A stretch of 64,000 nt of DNA from Candidatus Omnitrophota bacterium (GTDB lineage: Bacteria > Omnitrophota > JACPQZ01). The notes under the pieces were generated by a model. It was not told where the DNA came from. It searched no databases and worked only from the letters and a program-made list of their open reading frames with translations. Where the stretch lies: contig JACPQZ010000038.1 of the NCBI GenBank assembly GCA_016190205.1, positions 4,005 to 68,004 of the forward strand, given 5' to 3'. The position numbers and the translations under genes are program-made. This document shows, piece by piece, positions 47,769 through 60,077 of the stretch; positions within the stretch are counted from its first letter, which is position 1; every line of letters begins with the position of its first letter.

Positions 47769-48209
47769 TCATTCCTCATACGGAAGAATCTTGACGACGC
47801 GTTGCTCCTGCCGTCCGCTCCTAAGAAACAGGGTTTCGTCAAAAGTGGCTGCTCCGTCTTGAATCTTAAGCAGCTTTAAGATGCTCCATTGGCGCGTCGT
47901 TCCCACATTACAGCTCTCCCCGGGCCTTAGCCAAATTTCATCCGGCTGACGGCCCTTCGGAAACTCCTTCAGCTCCCCGCCCGCTGTGAAATAATGCCCC
48001 TCATCTGTAACCCCACCCTCGGGCGATCTGGAATCCAACACGTAATCGCTGGACTTTAAATAAACCTTGTCGGGACCAACAATCTGCACCTTTTTAATTT
48101 CGAATAACCTTCCCTTGTTCGTCATCACCTGGTTATCCTCTCCTCGCAAAGGGCTTGAAAACGCGAAGCAGAACGCAAGTACGAGTACGCCCATCATGCC
48201 GCGGTTCAT
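47769..48209 (-). CDS. Hypothetical secreted protein
   Basis: GGTGGTGA RBS, signal peptide MNRGMMGVLVLAFCFAF. Confidence 0.6.
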   Translation of the reverse strand: MNRGMMGVLVLAFCFAFSSPLRGEDNQVMTNKGRLFEIKKVQIVGPDKVYLKSSDYVLDSRSPEGGVTDEGHYFTAGGELKEFPKGRQPDEIWLRPGESCNVGTTRQWSILKLLKIQDGAATFDETLFLRSGRQEQRVVKILPYEE

Positions 48210-48246
48210 GTTCGAGTCACCACCCTGCTTTATATAAAAATAACTT

Positions 48247-48437
48247 CGGAGAGGGGGAGATTCGGCGGTTTGGGCTCGCGATGTTGAATGCTCCTTTATA
48301 GCGCGTTTCCTATCGCTCGCCCAAACTCGGCCCCTCGCCGCGCCAAGGATGGTGGCGCTCCCTATCCGGTCGCGCCACATTATGTTGGGGGGCGCGGCTC
48401 ACTTTCGAATCCCCCCCTCTAAGAGCGAAAATAAATC
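48247..48437 (-). repeat. tRNA-linked structured element A
   Basis: Follows tRNA-Ser(CGA); has an inverted and a terminal direct copy of the tRNA 3' end; homologous to 48800-48998. Confidence 0.85.
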
Positions 48438-48525
48438 CGGAGAGGGGGAGATTCGAACTCCCGAGGCCCAAAAAGGACCTAACGGTTTTCGAGACCGCCG
48501 CATTCGTCCGCTCTGCCACCTCTCC
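48438..48525 (-). tRNA. tRNA-Ser(CGA)
   Basis: GGAGAGGTGGCAGAGCGG..TCTCGAAAA..long variable arm..GTTCGAATCTCCCCCTCTCCG. Confidence 0.95.
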
Positions 48526-48539
48526 CTGATCCACCTTGT

Positions 48540-48765
48540 CGGTTATCGGCGTTCGGCGATCGGTTATCGCAAGCGGCTTTAAGTTTGCGATCACCGATAA
48601 CCGATTCACGATCACCGAATCAATTGCTCGCCCAAACTCGGCCACCTGCCGCTCGAACCCTTTTTCAGGAAAAGTTTTTTGAGCAATAGAACAATAGAGC
48701 AATAGAGCATTCGACTGCAATTGAGCTTTTAATCTATTGTTCTATTTTCTATTGCTCAATTGCTC
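48540..48765. repeat. Inverted arrays of degenerate heptamer and octamer repeats
   Basis: (CGGTTAT/CGGCGAT)n facing (ACCGATA/ACGATCA)n; (GCAATAGA)n facing (TCTATTGC)n. Confidence 0.7.
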
Positions 48766-48799
48766 TGCCAATTTTGCCCCAGTCTAACTCAGGCAAAAA

Positions 48800-48998
48800 T
48801 GGCGGAGAGGGGGGGATTCGGCGCCCTTCGCTCGCCGAGGTTGACAGCTCGGCTTCTAACTTGTTTTTGAGCCGGCTCGCTGCGGGTCGGCCACTCGCGC
48901 CGGCCGTGGAAGGCGGTGCTTCCTATTCGGTCGCACCGCATATTTTGGGGGGCCGGCGCTCACTTTCGAATCCCCCCCTCTAAGAGCGAAAATAAATC
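48800..48998 (-). repeat. tRNA-linked structured element B
   Basis: Follows tRNA-Ser(GCT); ends in a tRNA 3'-end copy with CCA. Confidence 0.85.
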
Positions 48999-49088
48999 CG
49001 GAGAGGGGGGGATTCGAACCCCCGTGGGAGGTGTTAGCCCCCCGGCGGTTTAGCAAACCGCTGCCGTAAGCCGCTTGGCTACCTCTCC
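48999..49088 (-). tRNA. tRNA-Ser(GCT)
   Basis: GGAGAGGTAGCCAAGCGG..TTGCTAA..GTTCGAATCCCCCCCTCTCCG. Confidence 0.95.
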
Positions 49089-49130
49089 ATGATGAAAATC
49101 TAAGAAAGAACGATGCTATACGCTAACAAA

Positions 49131-49217
49131 CGGAGGAGGTAGGATTCGAACCCACGGTGCCCCGAAGGGCACAACGGTTTTCAAGACCGCCGCATTCGTC
49201 CGCTCTGCCACTCCTCC
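49131..49217 (-). tRNA. tRNA-Ser(TGA)
   Basis: GGAGGAGTGGCAGAGCGG..CTTGAAA..GTTCGAATCCTACCTCCTCCG. Confidence 0.95.
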
Positions 49218-49889
49218 CTAGAAAAAAAGCTGTTTAAAGATCGACTGGTAGGCCTGACGTATCCTAAGTGCGGACTCCCAAACGTACGCTTTAAACTCAA
49301 GCTGCGGCACGGCAACTGACAGCACGCCTGCCAACATCACGATGTTCACCAGGGCAATCACGACCAAGGAAAAGAGCTGTCCTGTGCGAATGATATCGGG
49401 CTGGTCCATGCGGATGAATTTGACCGTCATCACGAGATGCATGGCCCACGTAAACCCAATGGCCGCAAGAAATGGTTTAACAAAATAGGCCGCATGACCC
49501 GTCATGCGCAGCACAAGAAACGCGACCATAAAGATGAGGGTATAAAACGGCACAAGATACGGCCCCAAGGAGATCAGGAAATTGGACTTGGAGAGGGTAG
49601 TCGTCCCCCCGGCGGCCGAGATCTCCACGCGGGACACCTTCGCTCGGAAGAGAAGCCCGAAAAAGGCGTGGGTAAGCTCGTGCCCCAGAACGTAAAACCA
49701 CGTGGGCTCCCAAACGAGTGTATGCAAGACAAAATAGCAAAACACCCCTCCGGCAAAATAGGCCCCGCCCCCGCTAAAAAACGGAGCCGACTCTACGCTC
49801 CTCCACAGGACCGCCCCCGCCACATAAGCGGCCGGGACAAAAAGGACTCCGATCAAAAACTTGCTGCCCTTTTCCAGAATGGCGATCAT
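49218..49889 (-). CDS. Membrane zinc metalloprotease-like protein (M50B-like)
   Basis: HELTH motif, ISLGPY, multiple TM helices; ATGA overlap with serS. Confidence 0.7.
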   Translation of the reverse strand: MIAILEKGSKFLIGVLFVPAAYVAGAVLWRSVESAPFFSGGGAYFAGGVFCYFVLHTLVWEPTWFYVLGHELTHAFFGLLFRAKVSRVEISAAGGTTTLSKSNFLISLGPYLVPFYTLIFMVAFLVLRMTGHAAYFVKPFLAAIGFTWAMHLVMTVKFIRMDQPDIIRTGQLFSLVVIALVNIVMLAGVLSVAVPQLEFKAYVWESALRIRQAYQSIFKQLFF

Positions 49890-51157
49890 TTGAGGATGAG
49901 ATCCCCGCCGAGGTAAGGGGCAAGACACTCCGGCAGGCGCACGGTTCCATTTTCCTCTTGTCCACTTTCGAGAAGTGCCGCAACGGTTCTGGCCAGGGCC
50001 ACCCCTGATCCGTTCAGCGTATGAACAAACTCGAGTCCCTTGCCGGTCTTAGGCCGATAACGAATGCCGATACGGCGCGCCTGGAAATCCTCAAAATTGC
50101 TGCAACTTGAAACCTCGAGCCACTTTTCCACCCCAGGCGCCCAGACCTCCAGGTCGTAGCACTTCGTTGAGGCAAAACTCAAGTCTCCGCGGCAGAGCTC
50201 CATCGTTCGAAAGGTTAGCCCAAGCGCCTTGAGCACCTCTTCGGCGTTCCCCACCAGCTTTTCCAGCTCTTCATACGAGGTCTCCGGCCGCACAAACTTC
50301 ACAAGCTCCACCTTGTCGAACTGATGCACCCTCAAGAGTCCTTTCGTGTCCTTCCCGTAGGATCCTGCCTCCCGCCTGAAGCAGGGGGTGTAGGCCGTGT
50401 AATAAATCGGAAGGGCGTCCTCACCTAACACTTCACCCTGCAGGAGATTGGTAACAGGTACCTCCGCCGTAGGGATCAGAAAGTAATCCTCGTCTCTTAA
50501 GCGGTACATATCCTCTTCCAGATTGGGGAGCTGACCTGTCCCCGTCATAGACTTTCGGTTGACCAGTGCGGGAGGCCATACCTCCACGTAGCCATGCTTG
50601 GAGGTGTGAAGGTCCAGCATAAAATTGACAAGCGCCCTCACCAAGCGGGCCCCTTTACCCATAAAAAGGGCAAACCCGCTTCCCGCAATTTTACTTGCCC
50701 TTTTAAAATCTAAAATTCCCAACTTCTCACCAATCTCTAAGTGAGTTTTGCACTTATAATTAAAGCGTTTCTCATTACCATGCTGACGCACCTTCTTATT
50801 GTGTGAACTATCAGACCCTTGTGGTGTAGAAATATGAGGGAAATTTGGGACCTTATATATCAAAACATCTAGTTTTTTATCTATATCCTCCACATCAGTC
50901 AGAACTGAAGAGGCGCTTTCTGATGTTTTACTCAACTCTTTTATCTTCGCACTAAAATCCTTGTTTTCTCTCTGCAAAACGCCGATTTCTTTATTGGCTA
51001 CGTTCTGCCTCGCGCGCAGGCTTTCCAGCTCAACCAAAAGCTCGCGCCTTCGCTCATCGAGCTTGAGCAGCTCATCGAGGTTAAACGAGTATCCTCTATC
51101 GCGCAATGCTTCCCGCACCCTTTGGGGATTTGACCGAATCATTTTTATATCGAGCAT
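49886..51157 (-). CDS. serS: Seryl-tRNA synthetase
   Basis: MLDIK, LIPTAEVP, FRREAGSYG, EVSSCSN, HTLNGSG. Confidence 0.98.
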   Translation of the reverse strand: MLDIKMIRSNPQRVREALRDRGYSFNLDELLKLDERRRELLVELESLRARQNVANKEIGVLQRENKDFSAKIKELSKTSESASSVLTDVEDIDKKLDVLIYKVPNFPHISTPQGSDSSHNKKVRQHGNEKRFNYKCKTHLEIGEKLGILDFKRASKIAGSGFALFMGKGARLVRALVNFMLDLHTSKHGYVEVWPPALVNRKSMTGTGQLPNLEEDMYRLRDEDYFLIPTAEVPVTNLLQGEVLGEDALPIYYTAYTPCFRREAGSYGKDTKGLLRVHQFDKVELVKFVRPETSYEELEKLVGNAEEVLKALGLTFRTMELCRGDLSFASTKCYDLEVWAPGVEKWLEVSSCSNFEDFQARRIGIRYRPKTGKGLEFVHTLNGSGVALARTVAALLESGQEENGTVRLPECLAPYLGGDLILK

Positions 51158-51160
51158 GGG

Positions 51161-52615
51161 TTACCCTTTAATGACTCCGAGCGGCTTTAAGCGCGCCACC
51201 GGCCGCGCAATCCCCGCCCTTTCAACGACTGAAACCACGCTATTGACATCCTTGTAAGCCTGCGGCTGTTCCTCATCCAGACCATGGCGATCCCGCGCCA
51301 TGGCAACTACACCAGCATCTTCGAGCTCGCGGGCGATGTCCCTCCCCTTCGAAGCTCGGATGGCGGCCTTCCTCGACATCTGCCTTCCCGCCCCGTGGCA
51401 GCAGGTACCGAAGGTCTCTTGCATAGCCTGCTCCGTGCCAACCAAGACATAGGAGGCCCGCCCCATGTCTCCAGGGATGATGACGGGTTGACCGACTGCG
51501 CGGTATTCCTCCGCAAGTTCAGGGTGCCCGGGGCCAAAGGCCCGGGTGGCCCCCTTACGGTGTATGCAGAGCTCTTTTTCCTTGCCGTTTACGCGATAGC
51601 GTTCGAACTTGGCGATATTATGCGCCACGTCGTAGACCAAATCCATACCCAAATCGCGCGGGCCCATTTTAAAAAAGCGCTCAAACGTGTGGCGCGCGAG
51701 GTGTAGTAGGCACTGGCGGTTGGCCCAGGCAAAGTTCGCGGCCGAGCGCATGGCGCCTAAATAACTCTGCCCCTCGCGCGAGTGGATGGGAACACAGCAC
51801 AGTTGCGGGTCCGGCATCTGGATCCCATATCTCCCCATTGCCGCGGTCATAACCCTCAAGGTATCCTCACACACCTGGTAGCCCAATCCTCGAGACCCCG
51901 AGTGAATCATGACCGTGACTTGGCCCTCATGCAAATGAAGTACTTGAGCTGCCTCTGGAAAGAATATCTTCTCGACCTTCTGCACCTCCAGAAAGTGGTT
52001 CCCGGAACCCAAGCTCCCCAGCTGGCGCTTGCCCCTTTCATACGCCCGCTCGCTCACCTCGTCGGGCCTGGCCTCCTCGAGACAGCCCTCGGCCTCCGTT
52101 GCCTTTAAATCCTCTGGACGCGCAAATCCTTTATCCAGCGCCCAGTGAGACCCTTCTTCCAAAACACCCCTAAGCTCACTCCGGCCGAGCTGAATCTCGC
52201 CCTTGACCCCCAGCCCCGTCGGGATCTCGTTAAAAAGTGTCGCGATGAGACTCTTAAGCCTCGGCCGCACCTTTTCTTCTTCCAAATTCGTCCGCACGAG
52301 CCGGACCCCGCAATTGATGTCGAAACCGATCCCGCCAGGTGTAACGACACCCCCCTCATCCGGGTCCGTGGCCGCCACCCCGCCGATGGGAAACCCATAA
52401 CCCCAGTGAATATCGGGCATGGCCAGGGAGTAGCGCACGATACCAGGTAGATGCGCCACATTTACCACCTGCTCGAGGGCCTTGTCCTTTCGGATTCCTT
52501 CCAAAAGTGTTTCATCCGCAAGAATAAGTCCCGGAACCCGCATGCCCGGATCAAACGACTTTGGGATACGCCAGCGGCAGTCGTCGATCTTTTCGAGAGG
52601 AATTCCCGAAGTCAT
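51161..52615 (-). CDS. rtcB: RtcB RNA ligase (long, archaeal-like type)
   Basis: MPDIHWGYGFPIGG, DINCG, GNHFLE, IHSGSRG, HRKGAT, HGAGR, AYKD. Confidence 0.96.
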   Translation of the reverse strand: MTSGIPLEKIDDCRWRIPKSFDPGMRVPGLILADETLLEGIRKDKALEQVVNVAHLPGIVRYSLAMPDIHWGYGFPIGGVAATDPDEGGVVTPGGIGFDINCGVRLVRTNLEEEKVRPRLKSLIATLFNEIPTGLGVKGEIQLGRSELRGVLEEGSHWALDKGFARPEDLKATEAEGCLEEARPDEVSERAYERGKRQLGSLGSGNHFLEVQKVEKIFFPEAAQVLHLHEGQVTVMIHSGSRGLGYQVCEDTLRVMTAAMGRYGIQMPDPQLCCVPIHSREGQSYLGAMRSAANFAWANRQCLLHLARHTFERFFKMGPRDLGMDLVYDVAHNIAKFERYRVNGKEKELCIHRKGATRAFGPGHPELAEEYRAVGQPVIIPGDMGRASYVLVGTEQAMQETFGTCCHGAGRQMSRKAAIRASKGRDIARELEDAGVVAMARDRHGLDEEQPQAYKDVNSVVSVVERAGIARPVARLKPLGVIKG

Positions 52616-52622
52616 GGAGAGA

Positions 52623-53039
52623 CTAGACATCAAAAATGACCTCCGCGACCCATTTCCCCTTCTTCTCTTCGACCCGCAGCCCATGCCGGGTGACTGCCTT
52701 GACTTCCTTCTTGAGTACATGCGCCTTCTGATCCAGCCCTTCGCCCCCGACTTCTGCGACAAGACCTATGGAGCCCTTCCAGCGCACATTAAACTTTGAA
52801 AAAAGGCTCTCCCCAACTTCCGCGCGGTACAAAAGCTCGCTCAACCATTCAACGAAAAGCCCTTCGACGCTCGAGGATTTTAGCTCAAGGTGAAGAGCCT
52901 TCCTGGGTTTGACGCGCCTAAGATCCGTCATAAGAGAAAAAAGCCCCGCCGCGGCGTTTTCAAAAAGCTCTTCGCGGGAGGCGCCAAACACCCTTAAGGC
53001 CGCATCGGCCGTATGCTCAATCGTTTCGTACCGCTTCGT
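52623..53039 (-). CDS. Archease (apparent ACG start)
   Basis: (M)[25 protein letters not shown]-terminus; upstream of rtcB. Confidence 0.88.
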   Translation of the reverse strand, partial: TKRYETIEHTADAALRVFGASREELFENAAAGLFSLMTDLRRVKPRKALHLELKSSSVEGLFVEWLSELLYRAEVGESLFSKFNVRWKGSIGLVAEVGGEGLDQKAHVLKKEVKAVTRHGLRVEEKKGKWVAEVIFDV

Positions 53040-56000
53040 TGCCCAAGGCCTCCGCCTGTTCTTCTCCCTCCTCCGGCTGGATCCGCGCCACCCCTGCCAC
53101 TTTATCCCCGGCCTTAAGCGAGATTAGTTTCACCCCCTGCGTCCCGCGCCCCATGACCCGGATATCGCGCACGGCAACCCGCACCACCATACCCTGCGAC
53201 GACATGATCATGAGCTCATCTTCATCCCGCACCATCTTGGCGTCTACCGCGTCTCCATTTTTGGCGCCGGTCAAGATGTTGCGAACCCCCTTGCCGCCGC
53301 GATTGGTCTTCCGGTAGTCCTCAAACTTGCTGCGTTTTCCCCGCCCCTTGGCCGTTACGGTAAGAAGTGTAGCGTGCTTCTGCGAAACGCACATGCCGAT
53401 CACCCGGTCTCCTTTGGCGAGGCGCACGCCTTTGACCCCGCGGGCGCCGCGCCCCATCGCCCGCACCTTCGCCTCGTCAAACCGGCACGCCTGACCCTTC
53501 GCCGTAGCAAGAAGAATCTCCTGCTTTCCATCTGTCTCGCTGGCCTCGATCAGCCGGTCTCCCTTATCCAGAGTGATGGCGATGATGCCGCCCCGGCGTG
53601 GATGACTAAAGTGGGAAAGGGAACACTTTTTGATGACCCCCTGCTCCGTCGCCAAGACCAGAAAGTGGTCCTCGGCAAACTCCTTGACGGGCATGTGGCT
53701 CGTGATCTGTTCGCCCTGGGCGAGCTCCAGGAGGTTTACGATCGCCTTCCCCTTGGCCTGCCGCGAGGCCTGCGGAATCTCAAACACCTTGACCCAGTGC
53801 ACACGGCCCTTATCCGTAAAAAAGAGCATGTAATCATGGGTGGAGGCCACGAAGAGATGCTCGACAAAATCCTCCTCCTTCATCTTTCCACCCGTCACCC
53901 CCTTGCCGCCGCGCCTCTGCTTGCGGTATACAGACACCGGCAGGCGCTTGACATAGCCGGCGTGACTCACCGTGATGACCACGTCCTCTTTGGCAATCAG
54001 GTCCTCGATCTCAAAATCCTCGGCCTGGGCCAGGATCTCGGTCCTGCGCTCATCGTTATACTTCTTCTTGATCTCCTCGGTTTCCTCCTGAATAAGCTTT
54101 AAGACCTTGGTGCGAGATTTTAAGATCGACTGGTAGAGCTCTATCCTTTTGATGACGTCCAGATACTCCTCCTCGATCTTGTGCCGCTCAAGCTGCGTGA
54201 TCCGCTGAAGCTGGAGTTCAAGGATCGCCTTCGCCTGTATCTCGGAAAGCTTGAAGTCCTTCATAAGGCCGGCCTTCGCCTCCTCGGGCCCCTTGGATCC
54301 CCGGATGAGCTTCACGATCTTGTCAATATTGGCCTGGGCAATCTTTAAACCCTCCAGGATATGCGCCCGCTGCTCCGCCTGGTCCAGAAGGAACCGTGTC
54401 CGGCGTGTGATCACCTCTTCGCGGTGTTTGATGAAGTACTCGATCATCTGCTTAAGCGACAAAACCCGAGGTCTGTTGTCCACCAGGGCCAGCATGATGA
54501 CGCCGAAGGTCTCCTGCATCTGCGTGTGCTTATAGAGCTGATTGAGGACCACCTGGGCATTGGCATCTCGCTTGATCTCGATCACGATACGCATCCCTTC
54601 CCGATCCGACTCGTCTCGGATATCGCTGATGCCCTCCAAGCGCTTACCGGTCACGAGATCCGCAATGGCACTGATCAAGGTCGCCTTATTCACCTGATAC
54701 GGGATTTCGGTCACGATAATAGCCTCCCGGTTGCCGCGAAGCTCTTCGATCGAGGCCCGGGCCCTGACCAAGACACGCCCCCGGCCCGTTTCATAGGCGC
54801 TCCGGATGCCGTCCCGCCCAAAAATGATCCCGCCCGTCGGAAAATCAGGACCTTTTACGGTCTTGAGAAGCTCCTTCGTACCGAGCTCTGGATTCGCGAT
54901 CACGGCCTGAATCCCTTCGCAGATCTCGCCCAGGTTGTGCGGCGGGATATTGGTGGCCATGCCTACGGCGATGCCATTTGAGCCGTTCACCAAAAGGTTG
55001 GGTATCCTCGCCGGAAGAACGGTCGGCTCTTGAAGGCTCTCATCGAAATTCGGCATGAAATCCACGGTCTTTTTGTCCAGGTCCTCCAAAAGCTCGTTTG
55101 TGATGCGGTCAAGCCGCGCCTCCGTGTACCGCATCGCTGCCGCCGCATCACCATCTACCGAATTGTGGACAAAAACTCCGGCATCGAGCAGGAAGTTGTG
55201 GTGCTCGTCAACCGTGATGTCGTAAACATCTGCTGTTTCCTCAACAGGCCGGACACTGATTATTCGGTGATTTCGACCTCCCGTGGCACCAGAAAGTTCT
55301 TCCGGGCTCTTAAAATAGGTTACCGCTATTCTATAATGCGGCACCCAAGCCCCAGGTCTATTCTCGTCGAATAACTCTTCTGTGACAGGCGCATCACCCA
55401 CGCGCTCCCTAAGCCGTGTCAAATATCTTTCTATTCTGGAGCGCATAACGCGCTTCCGGTACTCATCACTTTTCCATCGCTCCCTAAGACTCTTGGCTGC
55501 AAGCCGAGAGAGCCGCTCCATCATTTTAGAATCTTCCTGAATTCTTGCCCTGTTGCTTTTCTGTACCCCGGCCCTCTGGGCTTCTCGAAATTGAGCTTCC
55601 TGCCATTGTCTTGCGATTTTTTCACGGTGCTTCAAAACTGTGTCGGGAGCCGACCACAAGATCCTGGCCATGCGCCTATGGTGATCCGTCTTGTACTTAG
55701 CCCTATAAGAAGCATCCAACCACAATGCCTTGGAATTTTCAGATATCTTTTCCCTCACAAGAGGATTGCTCAACGCCTTCTGGATGGCCTCGCGAAGCAA
55801 TTCCCTCTTGCTGGGATCTCTCCACATGGCAAAATTTTTCTTCGAAACAATTGCAGAAACACGCCTTCTTGTTTCATCATCCAGCGGCTTCTTTGTCAAA
55901 CCTGTTAAAACGCGCGCCATCTTCTCCCGAAAAGAAGGCTCGCTCCACCGCAGCTTTGCGCCGCGGGCCATCCTCACACGAAACTCTGGATGCTCCTTAT

Positions 56001-57150
56001 AAAACCGTTTCACCGAGGCGACGCGTTTTTGCTCACTTTTCGGAGTCCTATAGACGTTTTTCTGGTTGGCAGCACGAATGCGCATACGCCTTTCTTCTCT
56101 CGCAAGCGGGTTGGCATCGTAGTAGCCTTTCACTCCGGCACGTTGAGCTGCACGGAATTCCTCGTCTTGCCAAAGGGCCTTGGCATGCTGACCGTGCTTT
56201 TCATTATGCTCACGGAAAGAGAGTCGCTCAATGTTATCCGGAGAATTATTGAAACGGTTGAAATCCTTGTGATGTCGAATTCGTCCCGCGCTCCGAAGGT
56301 ACTTGCCCTCATTGATATTAAACTCGTCGGCTAGCCCGTGTACGAACGACCGACTTCCGTCCACTTGCTGGATTCTTAAATAATCGTTCGAGCGCCTCTC
56401 ACGAACAGGAGCAAAATCAAAGTACCCAGCCATCAAACTGTCCTGAGGGGTGAGGTCCACTGCCTGCTTGTAAGCACCGTTTCGCAAAAGAAACAAATGG
56501 TCCGGCGTGCACCGTATGATCTCTCCGTTGTCCAGCAAAACCTGAACGAGTTTTGCCTGCCTGCGGGTCACGCGCGCGTTCCGGGCTCTGCCAATGACAA
56601 TACGGTTGCTTTTATCGACAGAGTAAACATAAAAGTTTGTTCCCTCCGGGAGCCCGGCCAGTTGCTCAAAGGTTTTCACGGAGCCATCGGTCAGTTTTAT
56701 TTTTGTATCACCCGTAAAACAACCAAAATTCCCCTGCCCATCCACCAAGGGATAGCGCAGGCTAAAATCCTGTACCATGCGCACCAGCGCGTCGTACACC
56801 GCCGTGTCCCCATGCGGGTGGTATTTTCCAAGGGTCTCGCCTACGATGCGCGCGCTCTTCTTATACGGCCTGTTAAAATGGAGGCCCAGGTCATCCATGG
56901 CATAGATGATGCGGCGGTGCACAGGCTTCAAGCCATCGCGCACATCCGGGAGGGCCCGCCCGATGATCACGCTCATGGCATAATCAATATAGCTCGTCTT
57001 AACCTCTTCCCCAATGTCACGGTCGACGACCTTTTCATTCAAGGCGTAGGGATTCCTAGGGGCCGCCTTGTCGGGAGCCGCCTGCTCTTCCGGGGGATTC
57101 GGTGGGGTGCCTTTTTCCCCGTCACCGCCCTTGCTCTTCTTACGCGCCAT
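53017..57150 (-). CDS. gyrA: DNA gyrase subunit A with intein
   Basis: [37 protein letters not shown] GyrA-box, CTD blades. Confidence 0.97.
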   Translation of the reverse strand: MARKKSKGGDGEKGTPPNPPEEQAAPDKAAPRNPYALNEKVVDRDIGEEVKTSYIDYAMSVIIGRALPDVRDGLKPVHRRIIYAMDDLGLHFNRPYKKSARIVGETLGKYHPHGDTAVYDALVRMVQDFSLRYPLVDGQGNFGCFTGDTKIKLTDGSVKTFEQLAGLPEGTNFYVYSVDKSNRIVIGRARNARVTRRQAKLVQVLLDNGEIIRCTPDHLFLLRNGAYKQAVDLTPQDSLMAGYFDFAPVRERRSNDYLRIQQVDGSRSFVHGLADEFNINEGKYLRSAGRIRHHKDFNRFNNSPDNIERLSFREHNEKHGQHAKALWQDEEFRAAQRAGVKGYYDANPLAREERRMRIRAANQKNVYRTPKSEQKRVASVKRFYKEHPEFRVRMARGAKLRWSEPSFREKMARVLTGLTKKPLDDETRRRVSAIVSKKNFAMWRDPSKRELLREAIQKALSNPLVREKISENSKALWLDASYRAKYKTDHHRRMARILWSAPDTVLKHREKIARQWQEAQFREAQRAGVQKSNRARIQEDSKMMERLSRLAAKSLRERWKSDEYRKRVMRSRIERYLTRLRERVGDAPVTEELFDENRPGAWVPHYRIAVTYFKSPEELSGATGGRNHRIISVRPVEETADVYDITVDEHHNFLLDAGVFVHNSVDGDAAAAMRYTEARLDRITNELLEDLDKKTVDFMPNFDESLQEPTVLPARIPNLLVNGSNGIAVGMATNIPPHNLGEICEGIQAVIANPELGTKELLKTVKGPDFPTGGIIFGRDGIRSAYETGRGRVLVRARASIEELRGNREAIIVTEIPYQVNKATLISAIADLVTGKRLEGISDIRDESDREGMRIVIEIKRDANAQVVLNQLYKHTQMQETFGVIMLALVDNRPRVLSLKQMIEYFIKHREEVITRRTRFLLDQAEQRAHILEGLKIAQANIDKIVKLIRGSKGPEEAKAGLMKDFKLSEIQAKAILELQLQRITQLERHKIEEEYLDVIKRIELYQSILKSRTKVLKLIQEETEEIKKKYNDERRTEILAQAEDFEIEDLIAKEDVVITVSHAGYVKRLPVSVYRKQRRGGKGVTGGKMKEEDFVEHLFVASTHDYMLFFTDKGRVHWVKVFEIPQASRQAKGKAIVNLLELAQGEQITSHMPVKEFAEDHFLVLATEQGVIKKCSLSHFSHPRRGGIIAITLDKGDRLIEASETDGKQEILLATAKGQACRFDEAKVRAMGRGARGVKGVRLAKGDRVIGMCVSQKHATLLTVTAKGRGKRSKFEDYRKTNRGGKGVRNILTGAKNGDAVDAKMVRDEDELMIMSSQGMVVRVAVRDIRVMGRGTQGVKLISLKAGDKVAGVARIQPEEGEEQAEALGNEAVRND
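55162..56721 (-). mobile_element. Intein (520 aa) with HNH-type homing endonuclease
   Basis: [10 protein letters not shown] start, CTPDHLF block [32 protein letters not shown] end. Confidence 0.95.
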
Positions 57151-57172
57151 GCCTTAGAACCGCCTCTTCCAT

Positions 57173-59768
<2,596 letters not shown>

Positions 59769-59772
<4 letters not shown>

Positions 59773-60077
59773 ACCCTGCCCAGCCTGAAATGAACAGCGG
59801 TCACCGCTCCCCGGCCCAATGCCCGGGACAATTTCTCCAACAGCGCGACCTTTATCCTTTGGTTGAGATCGTAAAGCCAGGTGGGATGATCCACGTATAC
59901 CAAAAGCTGGCCGTCTTTAATCCGAACCGGCCTACTGTGCCGTGCGGCCCTCCCACCTACCCAGCGCGGCCACTCTCTGAAAACAGAGCTTTCTTTCGAT
60001 TGCCCCTTGACTTCTATTTGCTCGAATACCTTGCCTAATACGTTCCCCAGTCTTGCGGTATCGGCGCTTCGGGTCAT
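59769..60077 (-). CDS. DciA/DUF721 family protein
   Basis: WPRWVG..ARHSRP..GQLLVYVDHPTW; downstream of dnaN. Confidence 0.85.

Noticed and set aside
48210-49056. ORFs 48310-48720, 48349-48582, 48774-48983, 48856-49056 and the 5' extension of 47769-48380
   Set aside because: They overlap tRNAs and repeats and have no protein motifs
48247-49217. CRISPR array or intron-containing/split tRNAs
   Set aside because: Repeats are tRNA ends with ~190-bp homologous interiors, no cas genes are present, and the three tRNAs are already complete cloverleaves
50690-50960. AT-rich patches within serS (also in gyrB and dnaA)
   Set aside because: Frames stay intact and protein motifs are continuous; mosaicism cannot be supported without computation
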